From contig JBIKWQ010000087.1 in the NCBI GenBank assembly GCA_044356215.1, forward strand, positions 1 through 11,947: a stretch of DNA of 11,947 nucleotides, read 5' to 3'. The notes under the pieces were generated by a model, which was not told the DNA's origin, made no database searches, and was given only the letters and a program-made list of their open reading frames with translations. This stretch comes from Bdellovibrionota bacterium (GTDB taxonomy: Bacteria; Bdellovibrionota_C; UBA2361; OMII01). This document shows positions 7,757-11,947 of this stretch, piece by piece (position 1 is the first letter of the stretch; every line of letters starts with the position of its first letter). The translations under genes and the position numbers were made by a program.

Positions 7757-8590
7757 CTACTCCTCGTCGAGTAGGCGCGCGAGGTTTGCAATGACTTTAT
7801 GAAAGCTCTGCTCGAATTCTGGCGATTCTCTCATCCCCTTGGTTGCAGAGTCCCATCCGAGACGGAGCCGGGTTGTAGATATCTTGGCAAAAGCTTTGCT
7901 AATCTCACCAGGCAAATTTTCGCCTCGACTAGCAAAGGTAGATTTTAGTGCGGACTTTAATTTATCGGGCGCGCATTTTGGTAAAATAAAAGAGAGGTCG
8001 AAAATATCCTTTGAGCGGGAATTTTCCAGTGGTCTTGTCAGAGCAGCATGCAGCTTCTCAGCAACGATAAATTCTACCGGATAAACTCGCCAGGAAAATC
8101 CGCGGTCTCCGAGCAGTCCTTCTGTTTTAGCATCTTGCGGGGTAACTGCATCGCCGACTCCAAGATCAAAGTTCACCAACTGGGCGATTTTTATATCTGT
8201 AGGCAGTAGACCGAGACCGGCACGAAAGGAAAAACGCATTCCACCATAATCATTTTGCAATTCAAGCGGCATCTTGGACTCGAAACGAAACCAAACCCCA
8301 TCATTGATGTCTGCTTCAATAGCTCTGATCGGCTCCATTTCTAATGCCGGCAAAGATTCGCCTTTGAGTGCCGCGTCTAAATCCACTGTAAATCTTGGTG
8401 ACCCATAGACGCGACTTTGAACGTAGCCGCCCTTAAAAATCAGAGTTGAGGAAAGGCTCTTTCGAGAAACAAGCCTTTCAAGCATACGCTCAAGGAGAAA
8501 AATTGTAAGCAGTCGCTCAAATGGAACCACCTGTTGCCGCGCAAGGCGACTTAGTTTCATGATGATTGAGCGAGATATGGGGTCTTTCAT
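7757..8590 (-). CDS. abiEii: Type IV TA toxin, AbiEii/AbiGii-family nucleotidyltransferase
   Basis: LERMLERL...IFKGG...PRFTVDLD (GG plus DxD NTase motif), AEKLHA and RSKDIFDL. ATGA overlap (8587-8590) with the upstream antitoxin. Confidence 0.9.
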   Translation of the reverse strand: MKDPISRSIIMKLSRLARQQVVPFERLLTIFLLERMLERLVSRKSLSSTLIFKGGYVQSRVYGSPRFTVDLDAALKGESLPALEMEPIRAIEADINDGVWFRFESKMPLELQNDYGGMRFSFRAGLGLLPTDIKIAQLVNFDLGVGDAVTPQDAKTEGLLGDRGFSWRVYPVEFIVAEKLHAALTRPLENSRSKDIFDLSFILPKCAPDKLKSALKSTFASRGENLPGEISKAFAKISTTRLRLGWDSATKGMRESPEFEQSFHKVIANLARLLDEE

Positions 8591-9204
8591 CGTTCGACCG
8601 CAATTGTGATAATATCCCAGTGCCTGGCAATTTTGTCCAAAACTCCCATACGTTCTGCCAGTTCAAATATTCTCTTCTCAGTCGTCTTCTTGTCTCTTAA
8701 GGCGCGTATGGCACATGCGATTCCTCTAGACATACCAACCTTTGAACCGTAAATGAACGCGTCGATGATAGCTCTTTCGATATCTACCATCTTATATCCA
8801 GCATGTCTCTTGATGCCATGAGAGAGATTTCGAGTAGTGCGAACCATCCGGTAAAGATTCGCCGTGGTTCTGACTGTTGGAGGGACTAGGACCCAAATTT
8901 GTTCCGGTACATCATCAATGAGCCCGTAATGGAACAGGGCAGTCAAACCACCAATCACTGAATGAGCACCGAATAGCTTGGTGGCGATCATATAGTCGGC
9001 AGACCCAGGATCAAAATCTGCGTCGCTGAATTGATACAATCTAGGACCAACACGGACCAGAACACCGCGCTGTAACAGCCGTGAAACAGTTGGCTGAGAG
9101 AGCCCAGCCGCCTTTGCATCAGCAAGGGAGAACGCCGGCAACTTCCTTAGGTTATTGAAAGCTTTCGCTATCTTCGGATTCGTTTTATGCTCGACGCTCG
9201 CCAT
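8587..9204 (-). CDS. abiEi: Type IV TA antitoxin, AbiEi family (N-terminal winged helix)
   Basis: FSLADAKAAGLSQPTVSRLLQRGVLVRVGPRLY wHTH-like segment, IGGLTALFHYGLIDDVP and DIERAIID motifs. Translationally coupled to the AbiEii-type toxin. Confidence 0.88.
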   Translation of the reverse strand: MASVEHKTNPKIAKAFNNLRKLPAFSLADAKAAGLSQPTVSRLLQRGVLVRVGPRLYQFSDADFDPGSADYMIATKLFGAHSVIGGLTALFHYGLIDDVPEQIWVLVPPTVRTTANLYRMVRTTRNLSHGIKRHAGYKMVDIERAIIDAFIYGSKVGMSRGIACAIRALRDKKTTEKRIFELAERMGVLDKIARHWDIITIAVER

Positions 9205-9259
9205 AGTCCTTTGTGATTTTAGCCAGATGCGCCGTTTTGATCTTTTTTGACCGCCGTTT

Positions 9260-9337
9260 CTAGAATAACTTACTTTGAATATAATTTACCATAAATTTAT
9301 AGAAATAGTAATTTATATTCATAAAAGTGCTTTCTAG
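9260..9337 (-). promoter_or_regulatory. AT-rich abiE promoter region with an inverted-repeat operator candidate
   Basis: TGAATATAATTTAC (9276-9289) / GTAATTTATATTCA (9308-9321) are 13/14 complementary, with outer CTAGAA/TTCTAG (9260-9265, 9332-9337) and an internal palindrome ATAAATTTAT (9291-9300). A minus-strand TGgTAAATT extended -10-like element overlaps the left arm. Confidence 0.65.
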
Positions 9338-9455
9338 GTTAAACTATTCCCATGCGTCCCGAACTCTTCCTCGGAATCAACTAAAGCTCAAGCTCAACCA
9401 AGGGCCTGCTGCTGGTCCAGGCAGGAACTCCACTTGCTAGCTGGACCGAGCCGGC

Positions 9456-9886
9456 ACCAGAGATAAAGCGAGATGGGGGGACGGAGGTCCGAAGAGGATT
9501 TGAATTGGGCCGCGAGTTTTTCCAAGCCGACGATGTTAAATTGATCTTTGAGGATGATGCCTGCGAGAAAAGGGTTTGCTTATGCCGATCTACCATCATC
9601 CGACGCAGCCGCGACGCCTCTCGGGCTGAAATTTATCGAGCTTTACAAGAAGCGCCACGGGGAGTTTTTACTATCCGCGCGCGCGGCGCTCTTGGCGTTT
9701 GAGGCCTTGCGGTTAATCAACGAGGCCCGCAAGCAGGGAGTGCCACTCGATGAATTCCTTCGAAGAGGTCCAATAACAGACGGGGCTATAAAGGAGTACT
9801 CCTTTGACTCCGATGGAGCTATTCAAGGTCTGGATTTTATAGTCAGGAAGCCCTACGCCGCTGCCTCAATAGCATCCGGCCCATGA
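9456..9886 (+). pseudogene. Internally deleted, frameshifted remnant of a LivK/LivJ-like periplasmic binding protein
   Basis: The N-terminal-like piece TRDKARWG/TEVRRGFELGREFFQADDVKLIFEDDAC (extra G in the G6 run 9475-9480) is followed at about 9565-9578, in another frame, by the C-terminal-like FIELYKKRHGE...ALLAFEALRLINEA...DGAIKEYSFDSDG. No signal peptide or credible start. Family call is by motif recognition only. Confidence 0.6.
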
Positions 9887-10128
9887 TACGATAGAGTTCC
9901 ATTATCCCACTGCACCAAAAACATGATCGCCTTTGAGCGTGATTCCTGCGCCGCCAATGTGGTCTCTTCGCGCAGTGTCTTTACTGTACCCGCGCAACCA
10001 CGAGCGGAATAAGTGGTGGTCTCAATATCGTGCTCCGAGTTCTCGTATCCACCGAGGCTGCTCTTAGCGACAGTGACTTTAAAGGGGGTTCTGCGTACTC
10101 GATCGCCAACTTTAAACTGATAATCCAT
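9853..10128 (-). CDS. Small hypothetical protein, probable SH3-like beta barrel (91 aa)
   Basis: MDYQFKVGDRV...GTVKTL...FLVQWDNGTLSY pattern. The ATG at 10128 has GGAG 10 nt upstream (10139-10142) and is preferred over the TTG at 10167. Confidence 0.7.
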   Translation of the reverse strand: MDYQFKVGDRVRRTPFKVTVAKSSLGGYENSEHDIETTTYSARGCAGTVKTLREETTLAAQESRSKAIMFLVQWDNGTLSYHGPDAIEAAA

Positions 10129-10532
10129 CTTATTTGCTCTCCAAATTATAAATCTCGCCGCCTTCAAGTAACGCGACTAAACATAAATATTCCGATGATT
10201 TTATCGCCTTTTTAGGTTCCCCCCTAGACCAAAAACTAACGGAGCCGTCTCGTTTAAGGCGCTATCGGCAAGATCCGCAGTCGACCGGTAACATATTGAA
10301 TCTCTTATAATAGATCAATGATCCTGGGCATGCCAATCCAGCATAAGGCTCATCTAGAGTCATTTTATAAAGCGGGTTGAGATTTGTGCCGAGGATTTAA
10401 GTGAGGAGGTTTTTACCGAGTGCATCCTAATTTAGGCCTTTTTCGCCGCGAGTTTTAATCCCTTTGGGGCACCTCGCGCATCTTAAAAGATGAGAGAAGG
10501 TTTTATACCCCATTTTTTAAAAGGATGTCGTC

Positions 10533-11786
10533 ATGGCCAAGGATATCAGCAAGAACGGAGCCAATTTAATCTGTTCCTTTTGCGGCAAGAATCAGGAAGA
10601 GGTTCGTAAGCTAGTTGCTGGCCCATCAGTTTATATCTGTGATGAGTGCGTTGATCTCTGTAACGACATCCTCACCGAGGAGCTTGAGGAGTCCAGTTCC
10701 CCAGCGCCACGTTCATCGGTGCCAACACCGAAAGATATCAAAGTCGCTTTAGATGATTATATCATCGGCCAAGACCACGCTAAGAAGGTGCTCTCCGTAG
10801 CGGTACACAATCACTACAAACGTATTCAGAATAATCGCGGTACAAAGAGCGCGGTTGAGTTGCAGAAATCAAATATCCTGCTGATCGGCCCAACGGGTTC
10901 AGGAAAAACTCTGCTTGCTCAGACACTGGCGCGAGTTTTAGATGTTCCGTTTACAATAGCTGACGCCACTAGCCTTACTGAGGCGGGATATGTAGGCGAA
11001 GATGTAGAGAACATAATCGTTAATCTCTTACAGGCGGCTGATTATGATGTTGAGAAGACTCAGCGCGGAATAGTCTATATCGATGAGATCGATAAGATCG
11101 CCAGGAAGAGTGATACTCCTTCAGTGACCCGTGATGTTTCAGGTGAGGGAGTCCAGCAGGCACTACTGAAAATTATCGAAGGAACAAAGGCGAACGTCCC
11201 ACCTAAGGGAGGTCGCAAGCATCCGCAGCAGGATTTCATCCAGGTAGATACTTCGAACATCCTCTTTATTGTAGGAGGTGCGTTCGATGGTATCGAGAGG
11301 ATCATCGGGCAACGCGTTGGTAAGAAGAGTCTTGGATTCGGCAACACAGTTGTTACGATGAGCGAGAAGAATGACAACCCTCTGAGCGTTCTTGAAACCG
11401 AGGACCTGTTAAAGTTCGGGATGATCCCTGAGTTTATCGGACGGCTCCCAGTTGTCTCGTGTCTAAATCCGCTCGACCGTGCAGCTCTGATCGAGATCCT
11501 CTCAAGGCCAAAAAACGCGCTAATCAAGCAGTATCAGACACTGCTAGCGATGGAGGGAGTAGAGCTTACCTTCACCAAGGAGGCTCTTGAGTCGATCGCC
11601 AATAAAGCGCTTGAGAAGAGAACCGGAGCTCGTGGTCTACGCTCGATAATTGAGAGCTGTATGCTCGATGTTATGTACGATGTCCCAAGCAACGCCGGCA
11701 TCAAAGAGATCGTGATTACTCCAGAGGTAGTCAGCGGTACTCAGCCACCTGTTAAGGTTTATCACAAAGAGGCGATTGCGAGTTAG
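10533..11786 (+). CDS. clpX: ATP-dependent Clp protease ATP-binding subunit ClpX
   Basis: C4 zinc finger CSFCGK...ICDECVDLC, Walker [13 protein letters not shown] pore loop, Walker B IDEID, RKH loop, LGF ClpP-docking loop and GARGLR. AAGGA RBS at 10521-10525. Confidence 0.98.
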   Translation: MAKDISKNGANLICSFCGKNQEEVRKLVAGPSVYICDECVDLCNDILTEELEESSSPAPRSSVPTPKDIKVALDDYIIGQDHAKKVLSVAVHNHYKRIQNNRGTKSAVELQKSNILLIGPTGSGKTLLAQTLARVLDVPFTIADATSLTEAGYVGEDVENIIVNLLQAADYDVEKTQRGIVYIDEIDKIARKSDTPSVTRDVSGEGVQQALLKIIEGTKANVPPKGGRKHPQQDFIQVDTSNILFIVGGAFDGIERIIGQRVGKKSLGFGNTVVTMSEKNDNPLSVLETEDLLKFGMIPEFIGRLPVVSCLNPLDRAALIEILSRPKNALIKQYQTLLAMEGVELTFTKEALESIANKALEKRTGARGLRSIIESCMLDVMYDVPSNAGIKEIVITPEVVSGTQPPVKVYHKEAIAS

Positions 11787-11947
11787 GGAAGGCCGGCAAA
11801 ACCCCTCCCTACTGCGAAAGCGGATCTTGAGCTGCTCTTCGAGTTTTCGAGATGGAAAAAAATCCTCAATGTATCACAGTGGATACACTTCCGACCTTCG
11901 CTAAAGCTACGGCCGGCGAGATAATGTAGGACCGGACGTAGCCTTGG
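11787..11947. mobile_element. Left part of the putative IS5-family-like MITE (copy 2, cut by the window end)
   Basis: Begins GGAAGGCCGGCAAAACC immediately after TTAG (11783-11786, containing the clpX TAG stop). Arm 11787-11862 is an inverted match to 93-167, and 11871-11947 is a 69/77 direct match to 1-77. Confidence 0.7.

Noticed and set aside
7462..8084. Plus-strand ORFs 7462-7794 and 7839-8084
   Set aside because: The first has a TTG start, no clear RBS, spans the 23-bp repeats and overlaps abiEii. The second is antisense to abiEii.
9381..9599. 72-aa minus-strand ORF as a third abiE operon gene
   Set aside because: It is antisense to the binding-protein remnant, separated from abiEi by the operator region, and has no motif.
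10145..10311. Perfect TATAAT hexamers (minus 10145-10150, plus 10306-10311) as sigma-70 promoters
   Set aside because: Neither has a convincing -35 at 16-18 nt, so they cannot be supported without TSS data.
11075..11527. 150-aa minus-strand ORF
   Set aside because: It is an antisense shadow of the conserved clpX ATPase core.

Overview
This is a bacterial, probably chromosomal, 11.9-kb segment. It carries comFC (minus strand), divergent from a translationally coupled addB-addA helicase/nuclease pair. These are followed by a type IV toxin-antitoxin cassette (abiEi-abiEii, minus) with a palindromic operator, a decayed LivK-like periplasmic binding protein remnant, a small SH3-like orphan gene and a clpX with no adjacent clpP. 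The unexplained signal is non-coding. (1) Both window ends lie in direct-oriented copies of an apparent ~250-bp MITE with perfect 17-bp IS5-like GGAAGG termini and ~76-bp imperfect arms, each abutting a TTAG that contains the stop codon of the neighbouring gene. (2) A ~120-bp tandem array (about 2.6 units) between comFC and addB has hairpin cores better conserved than its linkers, and its variants suggest a plus-strand structured RNA. Two further unrelated REP-like repeats are also present. All functional interpretations of these elements are hypotheses; no searches or folding programs were run.
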